Shown here: one piece after another, positions 50,328 to 60,733 of the stretch | Numbering within the stretch: the stretch's first letter is position 1 | Layout: each line of letters starts with the position of its first letter | Source of the DNA: Syntrophales bacterium | GTDB taxonomy: Bacteria; Desulfobacterota; Syntrophia; Syntrophales; UBA2210 | DNA: 64,000 bases | Assembly (NCBI GenBank): GCA_963662405.2 | Contig: CAXXKT010000001.1 | Location: forward strand, 544,001 to 608,000 | Reading direction: 5' to 3' | Notes under the pieces: generated by a model | Seen by the model: the letters and a program-made list of their open reading frames with translations, nothing else | What the model was told of the DNA's origin: nothing | Databases searched by the model: none | Made by a program: the position numbers and the translations under genes

Positions 50328-52202
50328 TTACGTTTTCTGGGGGCTGTATTCCGGAACAATTTTTTTGAGCCGCTTCTTTATCAGATCTACATGGAATGTC
50401 TTCGTCACACTGAGCAACTCGTCTATGAGACGATCGATTTCGACACTGTTGAATGGATTTTCCTTCAAGACCCGTATTTTCTGATGCTCAGTCGAGACAA
50501 TCCCCTCGTCCTCGGTTATCAGTTCTTCATATAATTTTTCGCCGGGTCTGAGACCGACGAATTCTATGGGGATATCCCGGTCCGGCTCCAGTCCGTAGAG
50601 GCGAATCAGATCACGGGCCATATCGGCGATCCTGATCTGCGCGCCCATTTCCAGCATGAATATCTCCCCGCCCTGACCCATGGCGCCCGCCTGGAGAATC
50701 AACTGCGCCGCTTCGGGGATACTCATGAAATAACGTGTTACCTCGGGATGTGTCACCGTCACCGGCATTCCGTTTTTAATCTGCTCTTCGAAAATCGGGA
50801 TCACTGAACCGGAACTGCCCAAGACATTTCCGAATCTCACGGACATAAATCTCCCGGGCGCCGCGCTGTTCATGCATCCCACGAGCATTTCAGCCACCCG
50901 CTTCGTCGCTCCCATGATATTGGTCGGCCGAACGGCTTTATCGGTCGATACCAGCACAAAACGCGACACACCGCCTCGTGCCGCGATATTGGCCAGGTTC
51001 CTCGTCCCCTCTACGTTATTGCCTACGGCCTCCCACGGGTTCAGCTCCTGTAGAGGCACATGTTTATAGGCCGCCGCGTGCAAGACCACATCGGGCTTAA
51101 AAATTTGGAACACCCGTTCCAGATCCTCCCTGTTCCTGATATCGACCAGGAATGCTTCGATCGGGATATGCTTGAAATACTGCTGGCTGTTCATTTCAAC
51201 CCGGAAGAGATTATATTCGGAAAAGTCGAGCAATGCCAGCGCACTCGGATTGTATGCGCCCACCTGTCGTACCAACTCACTACCGATCGACCCCCCGGCC
51301 CCCGTCACCAGTATTCGTTTATCGGCATAATTTTCTTTCAGAAGTTGGGTATCCAGTTCAACTTCTTCTCTACCGAGAAGGTCCTGATACCGCACATTCC
51401 GCACAGCCTTGATAGAGACCTGACCACCGATGAACTCGCTCATATTCGGCATGGTCCGAAAACGTCTTCCTGTTTGTTCACACACCCCGACGATCCGCCT
51501 CATATCCTGCGCCTTCAACGATGAGATGGCAATGATGATTTCGTCATAATCCCCCTTGTAACCGGGAAGATCTTCGATGCTCCCTTCGACGGTCACTCCC
51601 TGGATCGACCGTCCCTGCTTGTAGTAGTCATCGTCAAACAGAGCCACCGGCCGCACTCCCAAAGAATAATTGTCGCTCATCTCACGCAGAATGATCTCTC
51701 CCATCTTTCCGGCACCGATTACGGCGACCCGTCGTCTGGTATCCTCTCCCTTCCGAAACATTCCGTCAAGGGACAGCGACCCATGACGGGCCAGCAGCAG
51801 GCGAGTACTGAAACGGCTTGTGATGATGAATACCAAGACAAGCACATAATCGATAATGTAGACCGACCGCGAAAAGCCTTCAAACCGAAAAAGAAATACG
51901 ACAACAAATATCAGCAGAAGGGAAGACAAGCTGACCGCCGCACCAATGTTCTTTAAATCGCTGAAGCCGGTATACCGCCAGATATGATGATACACGCCGA
52001 AGAGATACAAAGTGAAAATTTTAACCGGCAGCATCACAAAGAGCGTTTGCATGAATATATCGGCGAACCGGGGAGGAATCGCCCCCTCGAACCGCAGAAG
52101 GAAGGCCATCCCATAGGCACATACAAGGAGAAGGGCATCAATCACTATTTTGATAATAATGTTTCGGTACTTCTTGAAAGACGAACGGGAGGGCATCTTC
52201 AC
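50328..52202 (-). CDS. Membrane-anchored UDP-GlcNAc 4,6-dehydratase (PglF/CapD/WbpM family)
   Basis: Four N-terminal TM, TGAGGSIGSEL, HAAAYKHVP, STDKAVRPTNIMGATKR, RFGNVLGSSGSVIP, GLRPGEKLYEEL. Confidence 0.93.
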   Translation of the reverse strand: MKMPSRSSFKKYRNIIIKIVIDALLLVCAYGMAFLLRFEGAIPPRFADIFMQTLFVMLPVKIFTLYLFGVYHHIWRYTGFSDLKNIGAAVSLSSLLLIFVVVFLFRFEGFSRSVYIIDYVLVLVFIITSRFSTRLLLARHGSLSLDGMFRKGEDTRRRVAVIGAGKMGEIILREMSDNYSLGVRPVALFDDDYYKQGRSIQGVTVEGSIEDLPGYKGDYDEIIIAISSLKAQDMRRIVGVCEQTGRRFRTMPNMSEFIGGQVSIKAVRNVRYQDLLGREEVELDTQLLKENYADKRILVTGAGGSIGSELVRQVGAYNPSALALLDFSEYNLFRVEMNSQQYFKHIPIEAFLVDIRNREDLERVFQIFKPDVVLHAAAYKHVPLQELNPWEAVGNNVEGTRNLANIAARGGVSRFVLVSTDKAVRPTNIMGATKRVAEMLVGCMNSAAPGRFMSVRFGNVLGSSGSVIPIFEEQIKNGMPVTVTHPEVTRYFMSIPEAAQLILQAGAMGQGGEIFMLEMGAQIRIADMARDLIRLYGLEPDRDIPIEFVGLRPGEKLYEELITEDEGIVSTEHQKIRVLKENPFNSVEIDRLIDELLSVTKTFHVDLIKKRLKKIVPEYSPQKT

Positions 52203-52544
52203 ATCTCCACTCAGTAGATTTGGTACGGAGGACTTGTCCGGAACCCTATCACAGGTTATTTCATTTTAACAGGGGCGCATCACGCATGTGCCAGGGACAC
52301 GCCATATGGCCGCTTTACACCGGTTCCCTCAGGAAATGTTCGATAAACGGACAGAATCATGTACGGGAGGTCCCGGGGATGAAGGTCTGAAGAAGGACAG
52401 GGAAGGAAGCCTAATCGGCCCACGTGTGAAATCTTCCGGAGACATCGCCATTCTTCGCGATCATCTTCCTGGGTGAGATGACCTCGGCCACGTGCCGGCC
52501 GGAATGAGGTCATGCGGAATACCAACCTATTTCCGCCCCTATTT

Positions 52545-53714
52545 TCACGATGTGATCACGGATATTATGCGCTGCTGATCCTCTTCCCTGAGATACGGAT
52601 GCATGGGCAGACTGAAGATACGATTGGCGCATGTTTCGCTGCACGTGAAATCCCCACGGTTATATCCACAGTCCGCGAATGCCCTTTGCAGGTGGAGCGG
52701 CTTGGGATAATAGATCATGGTGGGGATATCGGCTTTTTTAAGCTTTCCCATCAGGTGACTTCGAGCGGTTTCATCCTCGGCAAGGACCGAATATTGAGCC
52801 CACACACTCCGGTACCCTTCGGGAATGTACGGTATCAGGAGCGAGGGATAAGACGCCATCTGAGAGGTGTAGCGGTCGGCAATTGCATTACGCAGCTCAA
52901 CTTCCTCCGGGAAAACATCAAATTTGGCCAGGAGAATCGCCGCCTGGAGTGTGTCCAATCGGCCATTGATACCGATACGTATGTTGTCGTATTTGTGCCC
53001 GCCTTTGCCGTGAACACGTATGGAAACAAGTTTTTCGGCCAGTGTCTTGTCATTGGTAAAACACATGCCCCCATCGCCATAGCAGCCCAAGGGCTTGGCA
53101 GGGAAAAAAGAGGTGCAGGCGATATTGCCGAAGGAACAGGCCTTTCGTCCTTTATATCCCGCCCCGAAGGATTGGGCGGCATCTTCGACAACGAAGAGAT
53201 CGTGCGTTTTTGCGATGACGTCAAGGGCATCGTAGTCGGCGGGAAGACCGAAGAGATCGACGGAGATCACCCCGCGAGGGGTCAGGGGGATGTTACGCGT
53301 CTTGTGCCCTCCGTTAGGCAACGGAACCTTGCTGTTGTCGTTCTCCTTGAGGGCGATTACGGCCTGCTCCAGTTTGGCCGGATCGATATTGAAGGTCTCA
53401 GGGTCGATATCGACGAAGACCGGTGTGGCGCCCAGGATGCTGATCACCTCCGCCGTCGCAATGAAGGTAAAGGGCGTCGTAAAGATTGCGTCACCGGGGC
53501 CGACATCAAAGGCCATGAGGGCCATGAGAAGGGCATCCGTACCGGAGCCGCAGCCGATGGCGTGATTCGTGCCGGTATAAACGCCAAGTTTCTCTTCCAG
53601 TGCCCTCACTTCCGGGCCCATAATGTACTGCCCGTGTGCTAGGACTTTTTGGATGTTTTCGTCTATGTGTTCCTTGATTCTGTCCTGCTGTGCTTTGAGA
53701 TCGATAAAATTCAT
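52545..53714 (-). CDS. DegT/DnrJ family sugar aminotransferase (WbpE-like)
   Basis: MNFIDLKAQ, EDAAQSFGA, SFFPAKPLGCYGDGG, GINGRLDTLQAA, SLPMHPYL; AAGGAG RBS. Confidence 0.92.
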   Translation of the reverse strand: MNFIDLKAQQDRIKEHIDENIQKVLAHGQYIMGPEVRALEEKLGVYTGTNHAIGCGSGTDALLMALMAFDVGPGDAIFTTPFTFIATAEVISILGATPVFVDIDPETFNIDPAKLEQAVIALKENDNSKVPLPNGGHKTRNIPLTPRGVISVDLFGLPADYDALDVIAKTHDLFVVEDAAQSFGAGYKGRKACSFGNIACTSFFPAKPLGCYGDGGMCFTNDKTLAEKLVSIRVHGKGGHKYDNIRIGINGRLDTLQAAILLAKFDVFPEEVELRNAIADRYTSQMASYPSLLIPYIPEGYRSVWAQYSVLAEDETARSHLMGKLKKADIPTMIYYPKPLHLQRAFADCGYNRGDFTCSETCANRIFSLPMHPYLREEDQQRIISVITS

Positions 53715-54053
53715 ACGGCAGCTCCTTGTGAATAAACTTGATGAGGCCTGGTACCTCATTGACGGTAAGCACACAATGTGCGTGCGCTTCGCGTGTATTC
53801 CTTTTTGGCAAGACCACTGCGATGTGTCCGAAGGGGAAACCCGTCCATCGAGCATAAAACCCGGCAACCCGTTTCCTCATTCCGCCCGGTCAGCATCGTG
53901 GCATAACCGGGTGTACAAACACAGGATCCGACAAGGGGGGGTCCGGGAGACCTGCATTCAAATGGTCTTAAGCTCATGATATTTCTGATTTCAATGACTT
54001 CCGACGGCATTCCTCGCATGCAGCACGGGAACGGAAAGGCCACCGTCAGCGCG

Positions 54054-55664
54054 TTACCCCCGTTCTTGAAGGCCCTCGATTGTTTTCCGATAGATTGTAC
54101 CGCATGCCTCGCATTCCAGGTCTTCGGTCAATCGCTCCCCGCACCGGCACACCCATCCGATCTGCTTGGCGGAGTTTCCGACCACCATGGCATGTGCCGG
54201 GACGTTACGGTTGACGACCGCACCCGCCCCCACGAAGGCATAAGCTCCGACCGTAACCCCGCAGACAATGGTACAGTTGGCTCCCAAGGTTGCCCCCTTT
54301 CTCACGAGGGTGGGACGAACCTGGTCCATCTTGGAGATCTCGGCACGGGGATTGTAGATGTTGGTAAAGACCATGGAGGGACCGCAGAAGACCCCATCTT
54401 CGAGGGTAACGCCTTTGTAGACGCTCACATTGTTCTGTATCTTGCAGCCGTCTCCGATGGAAACGTCGGGACCGACGACGACATTCTGGCCGATGTTGCA
54501 ATTCCTGCCGATCCGTGAACCGGAGAGAATGTGGGAAAAATGCCAGATCTTGGCCCCGTTTCCGATGTCGCACCCCTGATCAATCATGGAGGAGGGGTGT
54601 GCGTAAAATCGAGCGGTTTCATCGGCTGCCTCGGCACTGGAGCCGGAGGTGCCTGCAAGCTGTATCCGGACACCATTGTTATCGATGGACCGCTGCGCCG
54701 CGTTCAAAACCCGAAGAACACGCAACCCCTCCTTGCCGTCGGTCAAGGGCTTCTCGCCGCGTGAGACACAACGGAGAAAATGCTCGCATTCGAGACGCAG
54801 GGGCTCGGCCTGCGGAATGGCGATCCGTTCCGCCTCCGCCTTGTCGGGAACGGGGATGCTGTCGTGCCACTTGATCTGGTGCGGGAACAGAAGTAATTTG
54901 TCGGCCCAGGGAAGGGTGTCGTCGAAGACCGCCATCTTGCGGTCTCCGACGATTACCATCTTCTGTTCCTTCACGGGATGCAGCCAGGACACGAAGATAT
55001 GCGCGTTCAGACCCGAGGGAAATTCAAGGTGGGTCGTCGTGACATCGGCGATCTGCTTGTGCAGGTAGTTCGCCCCCGTGGCGAAGACGGATGCCGCCTT
55101 CTCCCCGGCAAGGGAGAGGATCATGGAGATATCATGGGGGGCGAAAGACCAAAGGGCGTTTTCCTCGGTGCGTATCTTCCCCAGGTTGAGACGATGTGAG
55201 TAGATGTAATTGATCCGTCCCAGTTCGCCGTTCCGGGCAATGTCCCGCAAGTGGCAAAAGAGGGGGTGATACTGCATGATGTGCCCGACCATCAGGATCA
55301 GATCCCGGTCCCGCGCCACAGCGATCAGTTCGGCTGCCTCATCTTCGTATAGCGCCATGGGCTTTTCGACATAGACATGTTTATTCGCGGCGAGGGCCTC
55401 GCGGGCGAGGGTAAAGTGGGTCTCCGCCGGGGTCGCGATCACTACACTGTCGATATCGTCACGTGACAAGACATCGTTGAAGGCAAGACAGCTCTCCAGA
55501 TCGGGATACAACGTCCTGAAATGATCAATCAGGGTCTCATTGCTCTCGCAGATCAGCTTCAGCGCACCCAGGTCATGGTAATTGCGCACCAGGTGTTTCC
55601 CCCAGTAGCCGGTACCGACTACCGCGATACGGGGGGAAGGATAAATGGGTTCAGGTCTTGACAT
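54054..55664 (-). CDS. Fused Gfo/Idh/MocA dehydrogenase (WbpB-like) and hexapeptide N-acetyltransferase (WbpD-like)
   Basis: [20 protein letters not shown]; then [52 protein letters not shown]. Confidence 0.9.
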   Translation of the reverse strand: MSRPEPIYPSPRIAVVGTGYWGKHLVRNYHDLGALKLICESNETLIDHFRTLYPDLESCLAFNDVLSRDDIDSVVIATPAETHFTLAREALAANKHVYVEKPMALYEDEAAELIAVARDRDLILMVGHIMQYHPLFCHLRDIARNGELGRINYIYSHRLNLGKIRTEENALWSFAPHDISMILSLAGEKAASVFATGANYLHKQIADVTTTHLEFPSGLNAHIFVSWLHPVKEQKMVIVGDRKMAVFDDTLPWADKLLLFPHQIKWHDSIPVPDKAEAERIAIPQAEPLRLECEHFLRCVSRGEKPLTDGKEGLRVLRVLNAAQRSIDNNGVRIQLAGTSGSSAEAADETARFYAHPSSMIDQGCDIGNGAKIWHFSHILSGSRIGRNCNIGQNVVVGPDVSIGDGCKIQNNVSVYKGVTLEDGVFCGPSMVFTNIYNPRAEISKMDQVRPTLVRKGATLGANCTIVCGVTVGAYAFVGAGAVVNRNVPAHAMVVGNSAKQIGWVCRCGERLTEDLECEACGTIYRKTIEGLQERG

Positions 55665-55911
55665 TGGTGTATCTCCTCCTATCGTCTTGTGTACGGAAGG
55701 ATCATGCTTGATGGTATCATTCTCCCGCGTCGGATCCCGCATAAGGCCGAATGCCATCACCCTGATCGATCAGGTACCGGTGATCGGGCACAGGCACAAG
55801 GCAGAGGAACGGACCTTCATCGTGCCTCAGTCATCTGTTTTTCCAAGCACCTCTCCGAGGGTCATCCCCTGTATCACGAAAAAACTCGTCCCGTTCATCC
55901 GAGCAGCCGCC

Positions 55912-56964
55912 CTATATGCCCTTTTTTACGGCCTGCCGCCAATCATGCATATACCACGTGATAAAATTATGAATTCCTTCCTCCAACGGTGTTGAAGGCT
56001 TGAATCCGACATCTCGTATGAGATCATCGACATCGGCGAATGTCGCAGGCACGTCTCCCGCCTGGAGGGGAAGGAGGTTCTTCTTCGCCTCCACTCCAAT
56101 GGTTTCTTCCAGGACTTTGATAAATCGCATCAATTCAACAGGGTTGTTATTCCCCAGATTGTATACCTTGTATGGCGCAAAGCTCGTCCCCGGATCCGGG
56201 TTGTCACTGTTCCAGTCCCTATTCGGCTGCGGGATTCGGTCCATCACCCTGACAATCCCTTCTATGACATCATCGATATAGGTAAAATCCCTCTTCATCG
56301 TCCCCCGGTTGTACACATCGATCGTTTCCCCTCGAAGAATAGCATCGGTAAAAAGGAAATAAGCCATGTCGGGCCTTCCCCATGGCCCGTAGACCGTAAA
56401 AAAACGAATCCCGGTGCAGGGAATCTGGTAGAGAGCCGCATAGGTATGCGCCATGAGTTCATTCGCCTTCTTCGTGGCGGCGTAGAGGCTCACCGGATGA
56501 TCTACGTTGTGGTGAACCGAAAAGGGCATCAGGGTGTTTGCACCGTATACCGAACTGGATGAAGCGAAAACGAGATGCGGAACTCGTCCGGATCGACACC
56601 CTTCCAACATATTGATAAACCCTACCACATTGCTCTCCACGTACGCGTGCGGATTTTCGAGGCTGTAGCGCACACCCGCCTGGGCTGCCAGATGCACGAC
56701 CCTGTCGAATGTGTAATCGGCAAAAAGGGCTTCCATCCCCGTTTTGTCCGAAAGATCCAGCCGAGCAAAGTGAAAGCGGTCATATGGCCTGAGAAGATCG
56801 AGGCGAGCTTTCTTCAGGCGGACATCATAGTAACTGTTGAGATTATCGAGTCCCATAACCGTATATCCTTCATCGAGGAGACGGCGGCAGAGATGGAATC
56901 CGATGAATCCGGCGGCGCCGGTCACAAGGATAGTACCGTGATCTTTTTTTGTGTTCATTTGCAT
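55912..56964 (-). CDS. NAD-dependent nucleotide-sugar epimerase (UDP-glucuronate 4-epimerase/CapI-like)
   Basis: TGAAGFIG, HLAAQAGVRYSLENP, SLYAATKK, FFTVYGPWGRPDMA, RDFTYIDD. Confidence 0.93.
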   Translation of the reverse strand: MQMNTKKDHGTILVTGAAGFIGFHLCRRLLDEGYTVMGLDNLNSYYDVRLKKARLDLLRPYDRFHFARLDLSDKTGMEALFADYTFDRVVHLAAQAGVRYSLENPHAYVESNVVGFINMLEGCRSGRVPHLVFASSSSVYGANTLMPFSVHHNVDHPVSLYAATKKANELMAHTYAALYQIPCTGIRFFTVYGPWGRPDMAYFLFTDAILRGETIDVYNRGTMKRDFTYIDDVIEGIVRVMDRIPQPNRDWNSDNPDPGTSFAPYKVYNLGNNNPVELMRFIKVLEETIGVEAKKNLLPLQAGDVPATFADVDDLIRDVGFKPSTPLEEGIHNFITWYMHDWRQAVKKGI

Positions 56965-57487
56965 TGGAAGGTCCCTGGTAAATGCGGACCGGAGGATTGA
57001 CAAAGCTCCGCTCTTTGCATTACATCGCTTCTCAACATTCCGCCACCGAATCAGCGATCGAGGCCATAAATCAGCTCAAGACGACACACCGCCGAGCGGA
57101 GATACAATACATCGTCGCTGCCGTGGTGTCACCTCAAATCCTGCTGTGCCGATATCCGAAAAAATGGAAGCTGCGTGTTGTTTTTTCATGCAGGTTGCCC
57201 CCTGATACGTCCTCCCTTATCAGGGCACCATTGACAACATAAACGATTCCTTTCAGTCTGCCACAAGATGGAACAACGGTGTGCGCCGTGCTATCGTTGA
57301 TTCCGTATACCCTGCCGTCGCGTCTCGATATCCCCCCTCGAAGTTCGGATGGTTCAATCTCTGCATCAAAGCAAAGGGGACGTAACTATATATCATTACG
57401 CGAACGGATTTTATACTTCAGCCGTCGAGGTCAGTCATTGATAACAGGCATGAGTCATGATCTCCCACAATATGCGGATGGCATCGC

Positions 57488-57883
57488 TCAGGAACTCCCT
57501 TTGTTATTCTTGTCCTCCCCCCATCGGTGAGACCTTGGTTTCTCCATCTTCAGAAGCCCGACTTCCTGGACAAGGGTCTTCACCTGCTCGGTCAACCCGG
57601 ATATGGCTATGGAAAAGTGTATCAATATAGATATAATAGCAATGATAAGGATGAGAAAAATGGCTGCGGGCGCATAGGCGATACCGAGAACGGAGGCGAT
57701 GATGTCAAGACTCTCCCGCCATAGCGACAAGAAGAGAAAGACGCATCCGAAAAAGAGCCACAAGAGTGAAAATTCTTCTCGCAGCTTCCTCTTGCTGATA
57801 AGAATCAGCACAGAGGCGATAAAGAGCACACTCCCGATAATCGCCACATATTGTATGATATGGATGTCGATATCTCGTATCAT
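57488..57883 (-). CDS. DUF2304 family membrane protein (GT2 accessory)
   Basis: KLREEFSLLW, ASVLGI.Y, C-terminal coil TLVQEVGLL; follows a GT2 gene. Confidence 0.85.
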   Translation of the reverse strand: MIRDIDIHIIQYVAIIGSVLFIASVLILISKRKLREEFSLLWLFFGCVFLFLSLWRESLDIIASVLGIAYAPAAIFLILIIAIISILIHFSIAISGLTEQVKTLVQEVGLLKMEKPRSHRWGEDKNNKGSS

Positions 57884-57889
57884 CTGGTC

Positions 57890-58600
57890 TCAATCCTTGA
57901 TCTCCCGCGGCCTCATGCAGCATACGATGAGCGCCAGGAGAACCTTCGTCATGTAATAGAACGACCATATTCCCGATATGGAAGAACGCCCAGTAGACCT
58001 CTCTTGCATGCGCACGGGGATTTCCTTCAGTCTAAAACCGTTTTTCCCGAGGATGAGGACCGCTTCCGGCTCGGGGTAGTCCATGGGATAATTGCGGGCA
58101 AGAAATTCTATCGCCTTCCGATTGTACGCGCGGAAACCGGACGTGTTGTCCGTGATCCTCTTCCCGATCAGGATAAGGTTCACTATTTCGAACACCTTGA
58201 TCCCCAGGCGCCGCGCGAAGCCCGGACGGTATCCCTCACTGATTCCGCAGAATCGCGAGCCAATGGTAACATCGGCCCGATTGTCCCGCACGGGAATCAA
58301 TATCGCCTCTATTTCCGAAGCGATGTGCTGACCGTCACCGTCGAACTGGAAGGCGATGTCGTAATCCCACCGCTCCGCGAACTTGAATCCGGCCTGCACC
58401 GCACCCCCGATGCCCAGGTTGCAGGGAAGATCGACGACATGTGCCATCCCGGAAGAGCGGGCCACCGCCCCCGTTCGATCGGCCGAGCCGTCATTGATAA
58501 CCAGGATATCTATTCGGGGGTCTGCATCCCGTATCGACCGAATAACGCCCTCGATGGTTTCTTCTTCATTAAATGATGGGACTATGGCAAGTATCTTCAC
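57890..58600 (-). CDS. GT2, polyprenyl-phosphate sugar synthase-like
   Basis: IVPSFNEE, INDGSADRT, NLGIGGAVQAG, FDGDGQH, TDNTSGFRA, DYPEPE. Confidence 0.9.
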   Translation of the reverse strand: MKILAIVPSFNEEETIEGVIRSIRDADPRIDILVINDGSADRTGAVARSSGMAHVVDLPCNLGIGGAVQAGFKFAERWDYDIAFQFDGDGQHIASEIEAILIPVRDNRADVTIGSRFCGISEGYRPGFARRLGIKVFEIVNLILIGKRITDNTSGFRAYNRKAIEFLARNYPMDYPEPEAVLILGKNGFRLKEIPVRMQERSTGRSSISGIWSFYYMTKVLLALIVCCMRPREIKD

Positions 58601-58601
58601 A

Positions 58602-60680
58602 TTACCATCGCTTTCGCAGCGTTACCGACACCGTCGCCGGATCACCTTCGATCAGATTATACGTTCCAGGGGTCTCATAGCCCCTATCCATCAGATTCTT
58701 GACGGCACATTCCACTTCCAGCCCGCTTCCCATCACATCACGGACGGTTGCGCATACATCCGTGATCCATACGCCGGGCACCGAAACAACGGACCCGCTT
58801 CGGGGATAAATAAGCTCTCGTGAAGCACAATAGCCGACTCTCCCGTAAAGACTGATCTTTTCAACAGGCCGCCACGTCCCCATCAGATTGAAGATGGTCT
58901 GGGGCCCGGCGTCATACGGGTAACGAAGGTCCTCATAGACATATATCCAGGGCTTCGGGGGCGGTCCACCCTCGATATGATCGAGATAATGATACGTCTC
59001 GTCCGGCCCGCTGTTATCGACCAGTGTCAGGTTTGCTGAGAGATCGAGGTCGTCCATCGGCGACAGATGCCCCTCAAGTTCCAAGCCGACGATATCCTGG
59101 CTGTTGGGCAGGGACAAACCGGCGTAGGGATCCTCCATGATATGATTCTCGATCCAGCTTGCAAAGCCACACAGGCTGACCCCCGCCCTCTTTGAGGGAT
59201 TCCAAGCAACTTGGGCATTGAGGGTCTTGATCTTCTCCAGATCAGGTTTTTCCTCGTCCAGCAGCTGTTTTGCATAGGGTGTCCGGTAGGCCGTCCCGTA
59301 CAGGAGCTTCAACACCCACGTCGAATTCAAGGACCAGACGGCACCGGCATTGTAGCTCAGGTGATCTTTGTATTCATCATGATCGTCATTTCTGAGACCG
59401 ATTGTCAGATCGACATCGCCGATCTTATGCGTATATTGACAAAAAACGGAGACGAGACTGGTCTTGTAATCCTCTTCACTTATGGTGGGCAAAAAGGTCT
59501 TGTTGCCCGAACCGAGGTAATCGGGGAGATAACTGTCCCATATGGGGGCATCGTGGACATCCTTTTCCCGGTACGAAAACCCTCCGGTGAAAAGACTTCT
59601 CCCTGCGAGAAACGATCGATCATATATGATCTCGCCGTATGTCGTACGCTCTCGCTGTTTGAACGTAATATCGATCACTTCATATTCGGGGTTGATCCAG
59701 CTGTAAGATCCCGTGAAACGCAGGGCTGAACACCGGTCCAGATCTTTCTTCGCTTCCATTTTGATGAAACCCGACGGTGCCGATCGGCTCTCGCGCCATG
59801 TCAAATCCTCTCCCATTTCGGTCGTGGCCGACATGGTATAGGGCCTCCGGTAATTGGAAATCATCCCGGACAGGGTAAACCAGTCCCCCACTGTAAAATT
59901 CCCGGATGCCTGAACATAATGCGCCTTACCCAGTTCATCTTCGCCGATCCGTTCATCGGGCGCTACGGGTGGGGGATCGCCGTCCCCCCAGAACTTCACC
60001 AAAGAGCAGGTACGGTTATCCACCTCTTCGCGTGCGCTGACGGACAGAAATGCGTTCCACGAACCCGCATCGTGCCCCATGTTAAGGAAAAACCCTCGCT
60101 GATCAAGGAGTTCGTTATATGACGCATCGACACCGGCCTCAGCCCCGTTCAGGTCCTTCCCCGTCATGGGGACAACATTGACGATACCGGCAAAGGCATC
60201 GGGACCCCAGAGCACCGACCCGGGACCGCGGATAATCTCCACCCGCTTGATCGGGGCAAGGGAAAGTTCTTCGTCGAGGGGATGGAGCGATTTACTGACA
60301 TCGGAACCGAGAGGGACGGTATCATATAAAAAGAGTGCCGAATTCGGGATCCCCCGCAGGTATGGCTCCGCCCCCCCCTCTCTTTGCGCCATATAAAACC
60401 CCGGCTCTGTCTCAAGAACCTGACTCAGCGTGCGATTTCCCCGTTCGCGAATTTCCTTCCGCGTAACTACCCGAGCCACGGCAGGTGCCTGTGATGCGCT
60501 CTCCTGGCGCCGTGAAGCGATGGAAAGGATATTCAAGTCTTCACCGACGAACATAAGGAGCGTGTCATTCCGGTCCGTAATCGCGGTCAGTTCCCCGGCC
60601 CATGAGGGCACGATCAGACTGTAAAACGCGATCAGCATCACGACAGCAGCACATGATATGTTCGAATATCGTATTTTCAT
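58602..60680 (-). CDS. TonB-dependent receptor
   Basis: Signal peptide, plug motifs ASR...QAPA..VVT and IKRVEIIRGPGSVLWGPDAFAGIVNVV, beta-barrel ending in W. Confidence 0.88.
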   Translation of the reverse strand: MKIRYSNISCAAVVMLIAFYSLIVPSWAGELTAITDRNDTLLMFVGEDLNILSIASRRQESASQAPAVARVVTRKEIRERGNRTLSQVLETEPGFYMAQREGGAEPYLRGIPNSALFLYDTVPLGSDVSKSLHPLDEELSLAPIKRVEIIRGPGSVLWGPDAFAGIVNVVPMTGKDLNGAEAGVDASYNELLDQRGFFLNMGHDAGSWNAFLSVSAREEVDNRTCSLVKFWGDGDPPPVAPDERIGEDELGKAHYVQASGNFTVGDWFTLSGMISNYRRPYTMSATTEMGEDLTWRESRSAPSGFIKMEAKKDLDRCSALRFTGSYSWINPEYEVIDITFKQRERTTYGEIIYDRSFLAGRSLFTGGFSYREKDVHDAPIWDSYLPDYLGSGNKTFLPTISEEDYKTSLVSVFCQYTHKIGDVDLTIGLRNDDHDEYKDHLSYNAGAVWSLNSTWVLKLLYGTAYRTPYAKQLLDEEKPDLEKIKTLNAQVAWNPSKRAGVSLCGFASWIENHIMEDPYAGLSLPNSQDIVGLELEGHLSPMDDLDLSANLTLVDNSGPDETYHYLDHIEGGPPPKPWIYVYEDLRYPYDAGPQTIFNLMGTWRPVEKISLYGRVGYCASRELIYPRSGSVVSVPGVWITDVCATVRDVMGSGLEVECAVKNLMDRGYETPGTYNLIEGDPATVSVTLRKRW

Positions 60681-60733
60681 AATCGAAACCGATAAAAGCT
60701 TTTCCCGCGACAGGCAGGAGTTCACCTTCGTGG

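Noticed and set aside
52289..52304. Second sigma54-like motif (TGGCGTGTCCCTGGCA) upstream of the pglF-like gene
   Set aside because: GG-N10-GC spacing fits, but the -12 element lacks TTGC and chance matches are common in GC-rich DNA
57004..57487. Long intergenic region as an ncRNA or riboswitch
   Set aside because: No recognisable tRNA or riboswitch motif or strong hairpin seen by eye; would need an Rfam scan
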